DNA of 64,000 bases from the human T2T-CHM13v2.0 reference genome, Homo sapiens (GCF_009914755.1 NC_060935.1); one strand, 5' to 3'. Shown: positions 15,241-29,901, counted from the first letter of the stretch. Numbers and translations: made by a program. The notes: generated by a model not told the origin, from the sequence alone.

Positions 15241-15302
15241 GACAGATAGATAGATGATAGATAGATAGATAGATAGATAGATAGACAGATAGATAGATAT
15301 AG
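15241..15302. repeat. Compound (GATA)n/(GACA) tetranucleotide STR
   Basis: Direct reading. Confidence 0.97.
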
Positions 15303-15875
15303 AATTATTTGCCCACATTTAAACTCAAGCTATTTGAGGAAAATATCTAGGTTTCTGGCTTCTTTTAGATGAAAATGAGTAGAATGTTGTCTTCAGTTTG
15401 GTACAGGCTTGCTACTTATGGTCTCAAAATTCATGGCATACTTTCCTATGTAGGTGACTGAGTTTATAGCCACTATTTCAAATTGTTAAAGCCGTATTAG
15501 GCATTATTTTTATTCCAATGGGTATGTTCTTTTAACAGTTGTTACAAAAAGAGTTATTTAATTATTTTTATTTTAGTTGGTTTTTCCAGATTTGGTATAA
15601 ATGATCCTATTTAGCTTTGAATTAATTAATTCATTCATTTAGTCATTCATTCAGGAAATATTTTTAGAGATTTTTGTATGTATTAGACATTTGCTATGTA
15701 GTCTTCTGAGTGTTACAACATCGCTTTGTAAATATTAGTTTGCTCCCCAAACACAAAGCCATATAGTTAGGAGTTCATAGATAGGACAGAATCCTCAGGC
15801 ACAGGACTGGTGTTCCTCCTAGCTTAAGACTTAGAAAGGACATTCCTGTGGTAGAAATCAGAATCAATTTAGGTC

Positions 15876-16068
15876 ACTGCTGTCTAATAGAATATTCTGC
15901 AATGATAAAAGTATTTCAAATCTTTGTTGTTCAGTATCGTAGCTATTAGTCCCATGTGACTAGTGAAATTGAGGACATAAATATTTAATTTAATTTACTT
16001 TCAATAAACTTCAACTTAAATGTAAACAGTCACAAGTAGCCAGTGGCTACAGAATCGTACAGCACAAA
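15876..16068 (+). mobile_element. MER3 (hAT-Charlie MITE)
   Basis: ctgtctaatagaatattctgcaatgat start; cacaagtagccagtggctac...acagcac end; AT-rich centre. Confidence 0.85.
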
Positions 16069-16309
16069 TCTAAGCTGTATTGACTTCTTAATGAACTAAC
16101 ATGGAAGCAAATCGACAATGACGTTATTGTCAATGTCAGTGTTCTTTTGGGACCTGGATAGAATGTTAGAGAGAGAACGTTGATTAAAACAGTGAATAGC
16201 ATCATAGATAAAATATTAGGCATTGAGAAATTATCAGTGAAAAATGAGACAACAAAATCAACCATTCATTCATTAAAATGAGTTCTAGCCTACAGAGAGA
16301 AGAAGGGAA

Positions 16310-16470
16310 CATTAGAGTTAAAGGGAGGCTTTAGGCATCATCTTGTTTAGCCTCACTTTCTAGGAGACAAAGTCCCAGCAAAGGCATCTTGACCAAGATC
16401 ACAACTACTCAGCAGCAAAACCTGATCAGAAACACACACCTCCTGGTTCCTTACCCAGGGTTGTCACTAT
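16310..16470 (-). mobile_element. MIR/MIR3 relic
   Basis: ttagagttaaagggaggctttag...cttgaccaagatcacaacta...ctcctggttcc. Confidence 0.6.
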
Positions 16471-19074
16471 GAATGTTTTCTGCAGTTTGCAAGCATAATC
16501 CAGATGCCTTGACCCAACTACAATTTGCCTATTTATTCATTCATTAAAACTGTGCCCCTAACACTTTTGAATAATGTGATGCACTTTGGGCATCATATTT
16601 ATTTGGAATATTTCACAAACTTCTGAAAAAGAAGAAGAAGAAGAAATAGTATAGGGTTCTGTATACATATAGGCCAATTTTTTCATTAGAAAAATATTCT
16701 GAGCAAACTGGGGAGATGGACAGTTCTGTCATATGATAACTTCTCAGGTAAAGGCAGCTTTCAAAACACACTTCAACAGAATCCCGGTGATACTGTTACC
16801 GTGGAGACAGAAGCATCGGGAGGTTTTAAAAGCAGGGTGCAGGAAGAGACACACACTCAGAGCCCTCTTTTACATGCAGAGCCATCATTTGACTCTATTT
16901 TATGCAGCACTGCTGCAATTTTTGATCAAACAAGTACAAAAAGGTAACAGTCTTGACAACAGCTCTGTACAAAAGGTCAGGCAGCTTTTGACTGTGTTTC
17001 TTGTCTTTTCCCTTTTCTTAATCAGAGGCTGTGAAAGAGCTGGAGTGGTTTCCCTTTGCATAGCTACAGAAAATACTTTAGGCATTAAGTGTGTGTTGAT
17101 TTTAATCAAATACGATATTGATATCTTCCAGCTTTAACCCGTTAACCCTATTACAGCAGTGAATGGCATAATATTACGGACCTCCTTTTATGTTTGTCAG
17201 CATACATCAAAGATCTTGGGAAAGAGGGATGTTAGATAATGAATCCTTTTGTGTTATTAATGAACTTTATATGTAAACACTAATTCATTCAAGAATTTTT
17301 TTAATCCAGAGAGAGCTCCATGAGAGAAATTATGAAGAACACATAAAAGTATTCTACATTGTTCTGAATTTTTTAAAGTATCAATTTGTAATTTTGACTA
17401 CTCCATATTAGAAGTCTTCATCGAAAGAAATGACACTGACATACTCATCTTTGTATACCCTGGGCCTGGCACAATGTCTGGCACAGAGAAGTCACCTCAT
17501 GAATGTTTCTCAAATGACAGATTACTTAGATACAGATGCACTTCCTATTTTCAGGGCATTTACTTTCTTGGTAAGGAATATCTAAATCTGGTTGTATCCT
17601 GCTTGATGATTTGTAAAAGCACTGCCTCTGAATGATTTATGAGTGAATGAATGAACTAGAAATCATCATTCAACTTATTCACGGATCCATTCATTTAGTG
17701 CCTAAACTCCAAAGCTGTATGTTCAACAAACTCCTTTTGGTTTCCCTGATGTTGAACCAAAGTTAGTAGTGTAAAATCTCCCCTGTAGAAAAAATGCAAA
17801 TAAATGGTAGCTCTAAGAGAAGAAATGAGACAAAGCCTAGGTTTTGAAATGCACAGCACCAAGAAAATGGCACTCGACTCATTTTTATTTCTTGCCCTGA
17901 GAAAGAATAGGCAGCTTAAATTTAGGTCTCCCAGGGCAACAGGGATATGAATTAACTCAGTACCACCTACTCAAGCTAATCTCTGCCATCAGAATCACGA
18001 TGGCTTCTATGTAAGGATAATGCAATAAAAAGAAGATGGCTCTGGGGCACAGTTATAATCTGCTTTATAATTTGAAAACCTCCATTTAAAAAGTAAATTT
18101 AACTCCTACTTGACTGTTGCAGTAGGTGCCATCTTCTAGGGACAGAGAAAAAGCCGCATCTTTGCATAGTAATATTTCTTAGTCTTGATCCTAATAGAAA
18201 CACATCTGTAAAGGAGAAGCTATTTTGGTTACCAAACATCTTTAAACTTGTCATCTCATTTGTTGGCACACTTCATAAATTTTGAAATTATAAAGACTAT
18301 GTGCTGTTGGCATTTTGAGTCCAGATTAATTAGTTCCTTTTGAAAGTCTTTTAAAATTTCATGTCAGGCAGTGTGACTTTTGGTTATGGAAGACATTGTC
18401 TTGAATCAAACAAAATGCACTTTTGTATAATTTTTTATTTAATTGAAGTACATCTCATCATAGTACTTCAATTAAAACACTAATGATGAACATTTTATAA
18501 ATTTATTTATATGTACTTATTTATAATACATTTTTATTATCTGTTTATAACTATTGAAATAATTATATAGACACTGATGTTTACATTTATTTTTAGTTCA
18601 CTGGAAAGACAGGAATAAATTTTCCTGTAAGTAATACATTATAAATAAAACCAGAGTTTAAACTGCCCATTACCCACTTTGACTTTCTCCTCTGCCCCTT
18701 GCTTCCTGTAGATCTGAAAGAATGTGGATATGTAAATATTTACAAAAATATAAATGATATATAGCGTTTTATTTTGTGTTTTGGTAGAGTGTATTTTATA
18801 TAAATTTTTTTTACCAATATAGACTTAGTTGTGTGACTATACTATATCTTAGACATTTTCATACCCATATCCATTCATGGGACTATATGTTTTTCCAGTT
18901 TTTGACTATTACACAGTGTGCATGCGTTCAGAATGTCTTAAGCTATGTGATCTAGTGTATTTTGTTGATACATTCTAAGGTAGCACATCTTTCTTTCTCT
19001 CCTTTCTTCTTTTCTCAAACAATTTCTACCAACAAGGGCTCTTGGCCGAACACAACAGAAGTTGACTCTGGCTG

Positions 19075-19763
<689 letters not shown>

Positions 19764-21305
19764 GCTGTTTGAGCAGAAGTATGTTTTTTAAACAGGTTGC
19801 TGGAAGGTTCACAAAGTAATTGGAAGGCCTAGCATCTTCCTACTGCACCAAGTCTGGGCTTCCAAGAACAGTGACCCAAACTGCACTGCAGAACTGGCCT
19901 TACAATGAACCCACAACCCGTTGTGCTTCCCCAATGAGTGTTACAGGGAATCCTACTGTTAACTGCCTCTTCTCACGAAACTTGAGCTTGCATCCCTTGC
20001 ATCCACTGTGTATCTTCCAGGCTACCACAATTTCCACTGAAAGAAAGAGGCCTCTGCTGTCACCTGAGCCTAGCGAGGGAAGGAGGAGACAGAGAAAGAG
20101 AAAGGCAGAGAGACAGAAAGATTACAAGAGAGAGACATGGAATCTATAGCCTTTTATTTTATGTTTCAGTAGAGTGTGTTTTACATAAACATGTGTTTTT
20201 TACAAATATAGACTTAGTTGTCTGACTATACTATATTTTACACATTTTCATATCCATAGCCATTTATGTAGTTTTAATATATATCTCCTTAATTTGACAT
20301 AAAACTTCTTGAGCAAAAGGAAAAAAAGTCTACTATTTAATATATCTCTGTTGCTTCACATTTAACAACTATTTAATGAATATTTGCTAATTTATTTTCT
20401 AATCAAAGCAATCATTAAAGTATTTAATATCACAATTCACGGAAAAAAATTACCCAAAGAAAAATATGCTAAAACCTCTCTATTTTTATTAGATTATGGG
20501 ACTCTGGTTAAACACAAAGCAGAATTTATCTTTTCACTAACATGGAAAAGTATTCTGCATAGGTATTAATTTAAGGGACTTCTAGATAGTTATATTTTAA
20601 ATTAACTAAGAAAGAAGTTGATGTGTCTCTATTACATGTTACTTGTATTTGCTCTGTGGTCATCATAAGTACTTCTTTTCACCTATTATTTAGTAAGAAT
20701 CCTTAATATTTACAATACTTATCTTTTAACTCATTAAAGTGCCAGTTAAAATCATCTTCCCAGAGCATATTGTCATGCAGGTTGCTGTTAAAATAGAAGA
20801 GTTTACATCATCTAAATGCTTTACCCACAATCTTCTCCCAGCGTACCAGTCTCAATAGGAGATGCCAAATGGACACTTCACGAAACCCTATGTACTTCAA
20901 TTGTAGAATATATTTGACATGAAAGCTATACCAGTCAGTATGTGGATGGGGAGGAGGTAAGACAGTGGCTGACACAGAAAATTTAAAAGAAAATTCACAA
21001 GTAGGACTGGCTATTTAAATTTATACTTCTAATTGAAGACACAGCTACCACAACAATTTGAAATATTGGTAATATCCTAATCTTACATCTTTAAGGGAGG
21101 AAACTTATTATTATTATTTAATGTTATACAATTTTATTTATCTTAGAAAATATTGTAATTTAAATAAGGATGAAAATGTGTTCCATGACCAAGAAGAGAA
21201 ATGTACCCTCTCAGCCAATGTAATTCATTCAATAGCCAGGAGAATTGGAGTGCAGGTAACTGCAAGTCTATCTTAAAGCTCTCTTTCCTAAATAGACACT
21301 GTGAC

Positions 21306-21350
21306 ATTGAGGGACTATTAAAAGTCTATTGAGGGACTATTAAACGTCTA
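21306..21350. repeat. 22-bp tandem duplication
   Basis: attgagggactattaaaagtct followed by attgagggactattaaacgtct. Confidence 0.95.
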
Positions 21351-22364
21351 ATTTTCACACATAGGTTTTTTTCCCTCCAATAGTGTCAGTCTTAGGTCTG
21401 TTCTCAAGACATCACCATTTTAGAATCCAAAAATAGTGAATCCATGCCAAAAAATATAACAAATCACTGTTAGTTGTTTTAAAGATACAATTCTGCGTCA
21501 GTGATTATGAGTGTTTGTATGGTGGTTTTTACAGTTGTTGTTATCATTTAAAAATTGTCCTTGGGAAAACAGCTTCTAAAAATGCACCATTTCATTTTCA
21601 TAGAAAAGTGAAGGGACAGAATACACAATCACCTTTACAGCAAGCCATCATTGTTAGAACAGAGGAACACAGACTAACAGTATAAATCAAAGAGCAGTAA
21701 TGGAACAGGAATGCACAGCTTGGCAGGTTAAAGCAATTAGTAAACAACAAAGGTGGCTTTGAGGGTATGAAGCTCACTTTTTGGCTTAGCTGGGTAATAT
21801 CAGCTGTGGAGTCTTAGTCACGCTTTCAGCTAGAGATATTTATAGGCTGTAACACTGGCTGTAATGCTGAGTATTCTCTTTTGTGGTATACTTGCATTTT
21901 CTCTGACTAAAAAGTGGAAAAGTCTTCAAATGAAGATAAACCATGGGCATGGCTATCTTTCAGTAATTTGAGAGCAACCATGCTGTCTTACACATTGATA
22001 TGCTGCCAATGTCTATTCCAGTCTCTGGATAGAGTGAATCCTGAAAAAAAAGTTTACTAAACAAATGTATAAATAAAACATAAATAAACAAATGAACAAA
22101 TGGCCATGTGGGACAGAAAACCAGTCTGGTACTACCATTCAGGAATTTAATAACAGGCTTTCAACATTTTTAGGTCTGTCCATTGGGTTATATCATCACC
22201 ATTCATTCACCTACTGATTTCATTTCAATAACCATTCCTTGAGTGCCTGCTGTTTGTCAGACATGCCAGATACTATCCTATATACCAGACAAATGGATAA
22301 AAATTAATAAAATAGTCCTTAATGAGTTTTTAAAGAATGTTTAAACTATGATACAATACGATAA

Positions 22365-23195
22365 TGACACAGGATTTTTCTCAGCCACTTTGCCAGAGTG
22401 GAGACATCCAGCTGGTGATGCCCCTGCCCAAGCCTTGCTTGGGCCCAAGCTTGCTGCAGGATATGCCCCATCTACTTGGCCCACTGGGCTATGTCTGTCT
22501 TGCACTGTGGTGCAGATCCCATGGCCACTGTGACTGCACACTCAGCCCCTGCCAGGAAGGGGTGTATGAGCAAGCAAGTCAGGGTCCAGTCCGCCATTCC
22601 AAGTGCTGCTGCTCCTTCCCATCATGTGGGGCAGCTGCCTTCCATCTGCAGAGGGTGGAGGGCCACAGTGTTACAGCCTTCTCTGTACCTGCATTTGGTG
22701 AGTCCCTAGTTCTTGTCCCAAGTCCAAGAAGAATGAGGTTATGCAACAGTTGAAGGGTGAGGAGGGCAGAGAATAATTTTATTAAGCTACAAAACAGTTC
22801 TCAGTGGAAAGGGGATGTGAGGGTGTTTCCCTACCGGAAGTTGGGTGGTCTTTCTCTCAGTGTGGCTGAATCAGGGACTCTTATGGGCTCAAAATGGGGA
22901 GTGTGTGCTGATTGGTGTGTGAGTATGCAAAAAAAGGCTAAAGCTAAGACACACTCAAAGGTGAGCATGACAGTGTAAAAAATCAATTAGGGAAGTGTAG
23001 ACATATGTAAAATAGGTGAAGGGTGTGGATCAATCAGAGGAAATCGTGCCAAAAGGGAAGAGAGGTTCTTAATTTGGCCCATGGTTTTACCAAGGACTTG
23101 TAGTTAGGCTTTAAACTGTCTTCAGCTTGAAAGTCAGGATTCACTGTGGAACCGCCCCTGTCTGCCTAGGATTTGTCTGCCTCTTGCCACTATCA
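22365..23195 (-). mobile_element. ERV1 3' LTR, LTR28/LTR27/MER52-like, same family as 5915-6955
   Basis: Minus strand begins tgatagtggcaagaggcagacaaatcctaggcagacagggg and ends aaaaatcctgtgtca, matching the termini of the 5915 copy. Confidence 0.88.
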
Positions 23196-23679
23196 TTCTC
23201 CCCTCTGAAGAGGTACATCTAACTGCTGTTAGGATAGGGATGATGACCCATCTTGAACTGCTTCCTGCTGACAGGGGATGCTGTTTTGGGAAACGGCAGT
23301 CAGATCTCTCTCAGAGGCCTATCTAGGGGTCCCCGGTAAAAGAAAGCCATCATCTGAAGCTCCGGTTGCATGACTGTTTGGAGTGTGATGGACTGGAGGC
23401 AAGAAGAAAGAAACCAGGCTATTAGAAGACACATGTCAAAATGAAACAAGGGGGTAAGGACAGCTTAAAAATCCCGAGGCTGCTGACATGCCCAGATAAC
23501 TGGTAGCTATAAGTATGCCTGCTAAGATTTGGGTGCATGGAGTTTGGCTTTGCTTAGCTCCTTTGGTCTTATTTTCCCAAAAAGAAACCTCTGGGTTATG
23601 GGCATCCTATTTACCCCATTATCGGGCAGGATTTTTAGCATAATTGCCCAGAACTAGAATATTGATCCCAATGTTTACA
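23196..23679 (-). mobile_element. ERV1 internal 3' end with polypurine tract (MER4-group int)
   Basis: ttctcccctct abuts the LTR and reads agaggggagaa on the minus strand (PPT); the sequence gcataattgcccagaactagaatattgatcc resembles MER4-group internal regions. Confidence 0.75.
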
Positions 23680-25085
23680 ATAATGCCATGACAAAATTTA
23701 GCAGAAATTTCTAAGGGTGGTCCAGTGGATGGAACAACAAAATCAATCATATGAAGAAAGTTTGGCAGAGAAAGTTTTCTGTTTTTGTTTGCTTTTTTAG
23801 GTATGTAAGTGTCCTGTATTTGACATGTTTGTCCTAAATATTAAGAGTATTCTGCCTAGAGAACGCAGAATCTGCAATGCCATGGAATACTCAGAGAACA
23901 AAATGCTAGTAACAAATAAGTTCAGAGAACAATGAAAAATTTGAAATATTTACGAAATATCCATTTCTCTCATAAATATCCCCACCCCCACGGGACACAC
24001 ATGAAGAATTAGTGCAGGACCAATGAACAATATGATAGGGATAAATAGCAAAAGCTAATGGATAGAGCTAAGCTGGAGGAGCTTATTAGATTGCTAAAGG
24101 TTTTAAAGCTCATAAAGGTGTGCTTACATGGTAGATGACCTCATCTGAGTTAAATAGAAAATGTAGCTTACTGAGTACCCCGCTAGGTCATTCTGTTTAC
24201 AGTTTGGTTTCTTTATCTATTAGCACCTGGTTTCACCCAAGTAGAACCATTTTTTAACCTGTGTGAGAAGGGAGTTTCAAAGTTTCTTTAAACCACAGAG
24301 AAGCATTCATTTTTGCTACAAGGAAGACTTTGTATTCTTTCATTTCCAGTGGTGACAAAAACCTCATGTGATAGAATGTGTTGCCTGAGATGCCAATGTC
24401 ACAAATTCCGCCATCTACCTTTGTCCTGTTGTGACTTTTCTTAAGAGACAAATTTGGAAGTAAAACTCCAGTTTTTACATCTTTTCTATTGGCTAGTGAA
24501 TCCACATGGAAATGAAGAATTAACAGCCCTGAACCAACCAACTCAAAATCTCAGTGTACCGACTTCAAAAAGAATGCAGACTCAGAACTGACATTGTCTA
24601 ATGTGCATGAAAAAAAAATGCAGCAGTGAGAAAGACAGCACAGTGTCCTTTCTGGCCCTGACCTGTGGAATCTTTTGGTGGTGTACACTCAACCAATTCC
24701 ACTATTACACACCTGGTTTCAAGGCTTCTGTTCCCCTTGGAGAATCCGCTCATTAGTTACTACCAAATCCTCTCATCCAATCAGCACTGTGTTGCCTTAG
24801 AAGCTTGGAATCTACTGTTCAATTGTGAAAACACCAGACTGTGCACACCAATAGATGGTGCAAATGCCCAACACACTTGTCTGTCTTCTTTCTCTTTATT
24901 TTATTTTATCTTATCAAAAATGTTTTAAAATGCAGATTTAAAAACTCTATTGGGCCAATATTCAGAGGGCCATATGTTTCCCCTCTGCCTAGTCTCTAGT
25001 GCTGGGTTCGTGCTATTTTTACGTATTTTATGGAAAAGAATAGAAGAATGATAATGGGTGTTGACATCTATACCATGGTGATTTA

Positions 25086-25446
<361 letters not shown>

Positions 25447-26481
25447 AAAAATAAAGATCCACCTGTACTGACAAAACGTCAGTAAGAACTTTTTAAGATA
25501 AAATTTCATTCCATTAATGTGTGTTCTTTATGCATTTTTACAGATTCCATTTAGGGCTTTAAAAATAACATAATTTTAACAAAGCATTCTTACAAACAAC
25601 AGACATGTTTAAGAGCATATTTCTACTATCTAGTCAATCAATCCCAATCTGTCTGTAAAGTACATTTTTATATTCTTTGCTCTTTTAGGTGTGCAACTTT
25701 CAGGAGACACATGAGAATCAGAAACAAACAAACAAAATAAAGAGTAAAACCAACCTTCCAATGTTTAGGAAGCAAGTTAATGCTAAAATGGAAATTTCTT
25801 AGCACACTTTCAGCATAACAATTTGGGGCATTCAGTCAAAGAAGAATACATTGTTTTTCCCTTCCCTCCTAATCTTAACTGAATAAATTTGGCGTGTGTA
25901 TGTTCTTTTAGATGTTTTCATTGTCATGTTTGTTTTCAAAATAGAACAGAAATTATAGAAGTACTGTATTTTTTCATATAGTTATTCAGAGTAATTTTGT
26001 GGCCTAGTCAATATTTGTGAAGAGTTGCTCCTCCCCTATCCCTGATTCAACTGCTTTCAAGCTTTTGTTCTGCTAGTGTTGATTCCTGCTTAAACTGGTA
26101 GTTATCCAGTGCCCTAATATTTTCTCCTTAGAAATTAAAAAGCTGTCTTCAGGAAAAAGCTGATAACCTCATTTTTTCTAAGGGTATAAACAACCAACAG
26201 TTCAAAGCACTATCCTATCAAGGGATATTTAAATTTTAATGATCACAAAAACTCATTCAGACTGAATATTTCTAATGTTGCATTCACAGGCACTGTCAAA
26301 TTGGTAAAGGGAATTTGCATAGAGACTCTTGGGATGTGACTCATTTCAACTCTCCTGTGTGCTATTCTGTCTTCTAGGAAAGACAGTTCTGAGCATGTGT
26401 GTGGCCAGCACTATTAGTGCTAGGCATTCAATCTTAATGTTTTCTACATAAGTGTCACCTTAATCTTTTGGAAATAACTAG

Positions 26482-26968
26482 TGCTATGGATTGAATTGTG
26501 TCTCCCTGCCACACACACCCCCAATCCTTCCACCCCCAACACACACAAAAGACATGTTTAAATTTCACCTCTAGTAACTCAGAATGTAACATTATTTTGA
26601 AATGGGGCCATTGCTGATAAAATTGGTTAAGGGAAGGTCATACTGGAGTAGGGTGGATCCTTCATCCAATATGACTGATATCCTTATAAGAAGAGGGAAT
26701 GCGACGTGAAGACACACAGGAAGGACACCCTGTGAAGACTGAGGTGGATTGGAGTAATGTATCTACAAGCCAAGGAGCCCCTGAGTATAACCGAAACTGA
26801 CAGAGGCAAGGAAAGATCATCTCCCAGAGGCTTCAGAGGAATCATAAACCTGACAATGACTGGAATTTTAGACTTCTGGCTTCCAGAAATGTGAAACAAT
26901 ACATTTATTTTATTTCAAACCACCCAGTTTATGCTACTGTGTTACGATAGTCCTAGGAAACTAATGTA
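26482..26968 (+). mobile_element. MLT1C/B MaLR solo LTR
   Basis: tgctatggattgaattgtgtctccc start; ggtcatactggagtagggtgg, tccttataagaagagg, tctacaagccaagga; end ctaggaaactaatgta. Confidence 0.9.
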
Positions 26969-26989
26969 GCTCTTGATTTCACCTTTCTA

Positions 26990-27110
26990 TTTCCCTTCCC
27001 TTCCCCTTCCCCTTCTCCTTCCCCTTCCCTTCTTCCCCTTCCCTCCCCTCCCTTCCCTTCCTCTCTCTATCTCTCTCTGTTTTCTTTCTTCCTTCTTTTT
27101 TTCTTCCTTT
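26990..27110. repeat. Polypyrimidine (TTCCC)n/CT-rich low-complexity tract
   Basis: Direct reading. Confidence 0.9.
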
Positions 27111-27720
27111 CATTTATTTATTTTTGTCATCATTTATTTGTCTGAGTTTCTCATTGACAAAGACAAGGAAGGAGAACATGAGAAAACAAATCAAATCTCT
27201 TTTTCCTTCTACATTAAAACATCAGGAAACTTGCTCTAAGTCATGTCTCCTCTGTGGACTTCAACTGTCTGTAAAAATATTTCAAAAATTTTAAGTTTTA
27301 ATTTTTATATATTTAAAAATGGTAGAATTATTTATTCAAATGACACAGTGCTCTCAGCATGTAAAATAGATTTTGTAATTACCTTGCTGGTTTGAAGTAG
27401 AGAAGGGACCTCAAACCATACAATGTAGCCTCCTGTTATCATCATTTTCTATCCTAGGTGATACCAAAAGTACCATCATGGTTTCAGCTATTTTATTTGC
27501 ATAACGTTTCCAATAATTGATTGGTATATAGTTAAAAACATCTAAAGGAAACTCTCTGAAGAAAGAGAAAAATAAAATATTGGTTATTACTATTTGGTGA
27601 ACATACCCAATTATGAGCACTGTAAGTGTATGGCTATTTCAACTATGTAACTTGACAAGGAGGAAGAAAAAAAAAGAATCCCTGTTTTTTGTTTAAGTAC
27701 TCGGCCATTGGGAATAATAG

Positions 27721-28084
<364 letters not shown>

Positions 28085-28089
28085 CGTAT

Positions 28090-28290
28090 ATGTTGAATGC
28101 TATGAGTATCAGTGCATTACAGGTTCTCATTGAATCCTCTGAGATAGACATTATTCTCCCATTTGACAGAAGTAGTCACTGAGGCTGTGACTCAGATTCG
28201 ATAGTATGTTCACAATCACCTAGAGAGGCAGAGAGCCAAGATCCAAAGCCAAGTCTGAAGTTCACACATTGCTATACACTGCTCCCACAA
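28090..28290 (-). mobile_element. MIR
   Basis: attattctcccatttgacaga...actgaggct...ggcagagagccaagatccaaagccaagtctg. Confidence 0.7.
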
Positions 28291-28919
28291 TGTATGAAAA
28301 GTAGAAATCTGATTTTGTGTCATTTACTTCCATCCCTCTTTTATTCTACTTTTTGTCAGGGTAAGTTCTCTGATAACTATGTTGGGTGAGATAAACCCAG
28401 GCAAGAGAGTAATTATGGCTCTTCTGAGACTTTTGCGGGAAACACCAATAGTGGGTCAGAGATATAAACATTACAACAGGTGGGAGATACAGCCACCTGT
28501 GTAGTTAGGTTTGGCTGAAGAGATAATCAACTGTACTTTCTCCTTGCTGCAAAAAGAGTTTTGTTTTCACCTCTAATCTATAAGGACAGGCATCATATTC
28601 AGAGCATATTACCAATGTGGTGCTAAAACAGCAAGCATTTCCTTCCCTCATTCCATACTTTCACATTCTATATAAAGTTATGCTCACATGGCACTGAAAT
28701 AGACATTTTTATGTTCTACAAAAATACCACTGCAACATGGCAAAAATGCCATAACTTGAAATAGATTATCTTCTAAGATTAACTTTGCCGAAAGAACAAA
28801 TTTTTCCCCCACATTCATTCTGTAATCTTTGAGTCCTAGAAAAACTGACACTAATTCCCCACTCCTCTATACATTCTGAGGTACCCTTACTTTGACTGTC
28901 TTTTTTAGGAAAGATGTTG

Positions 28920-29350
28920 ACCATGTGAATTCAAAGCAAACCACTTTCTAGCTATGTAAATTTAGAGTATTTACTTAAACTCTCTAAGTCTCAATTACAC
29001 ACCTGTAAAATAGGTATAATAATTTTAAGTGACAGGATCATTGAAAGGACAAAATGCTTCATGTAGTGCTTAGATTTTAAAAAGCACTTATTGCATACTG
29101 GGTCTTACTGCTACTTCAATTAAACATTAATTGAACATCTACTATACATGTGCATTGTGCTAGATACTTGGGAACAAAGATTATTAAGGTATTCCCAAGC
29201 CACAAAGACCTAACATTCTAATGGGAAGGATAAACAGATAAACAGCACACCATAATGCATTGTGATAATTCTCCAAAAATATCACTCCTTTGGGATCTCA
29301 GAGGAAGAAGTGACTGACTGCTAAGAAGGACAGGGCATGAGGTCTGAGAG
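28920..29350. mobile_element. MIR (+) followed by an L2 relic (-)
   Basis: ccactttctagctatgt...tacttaaactctctaagtctca...ctgtaaaatagg, then ttgaacatctactatacatgtgcattgtgctag. Confidence 0.65.
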
Positions 29351-29625
29351 TGAGGTGGAGAAGGATTAGACATGGATTTATAGACAAAGTAAGAGCTGCA
29401 GAGAGTCTTGAAGATCTCAAGAACTGTGTTTTCTGAAAGGAGAAAAGGGGATGAGACACAGAAGTTGAAACATACAGTATTTGGGAATAGTGGTGAATAA
29501 GCCTGCAAAGCAGTTTAAAATGATCATAGACCTTTTATGGCATTCTTTAGGCCTAGCCTTGGTTTATTCACATAAGTTTTTAAGGAAAGAAAGAAAATGA
29601 TAAGGCATAGATAGAATAAGTATTA

Positions 29626-29901
<276 letters not shown>

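Noticed and set aside
16733-17137. 134-aa ORF in non-repeat DNA
   Set aside because: No recognisable domain, exon structure or promoter; an ORF of this length is plausible by chance in 64 kb. The region is treated as a possible enhancer instead
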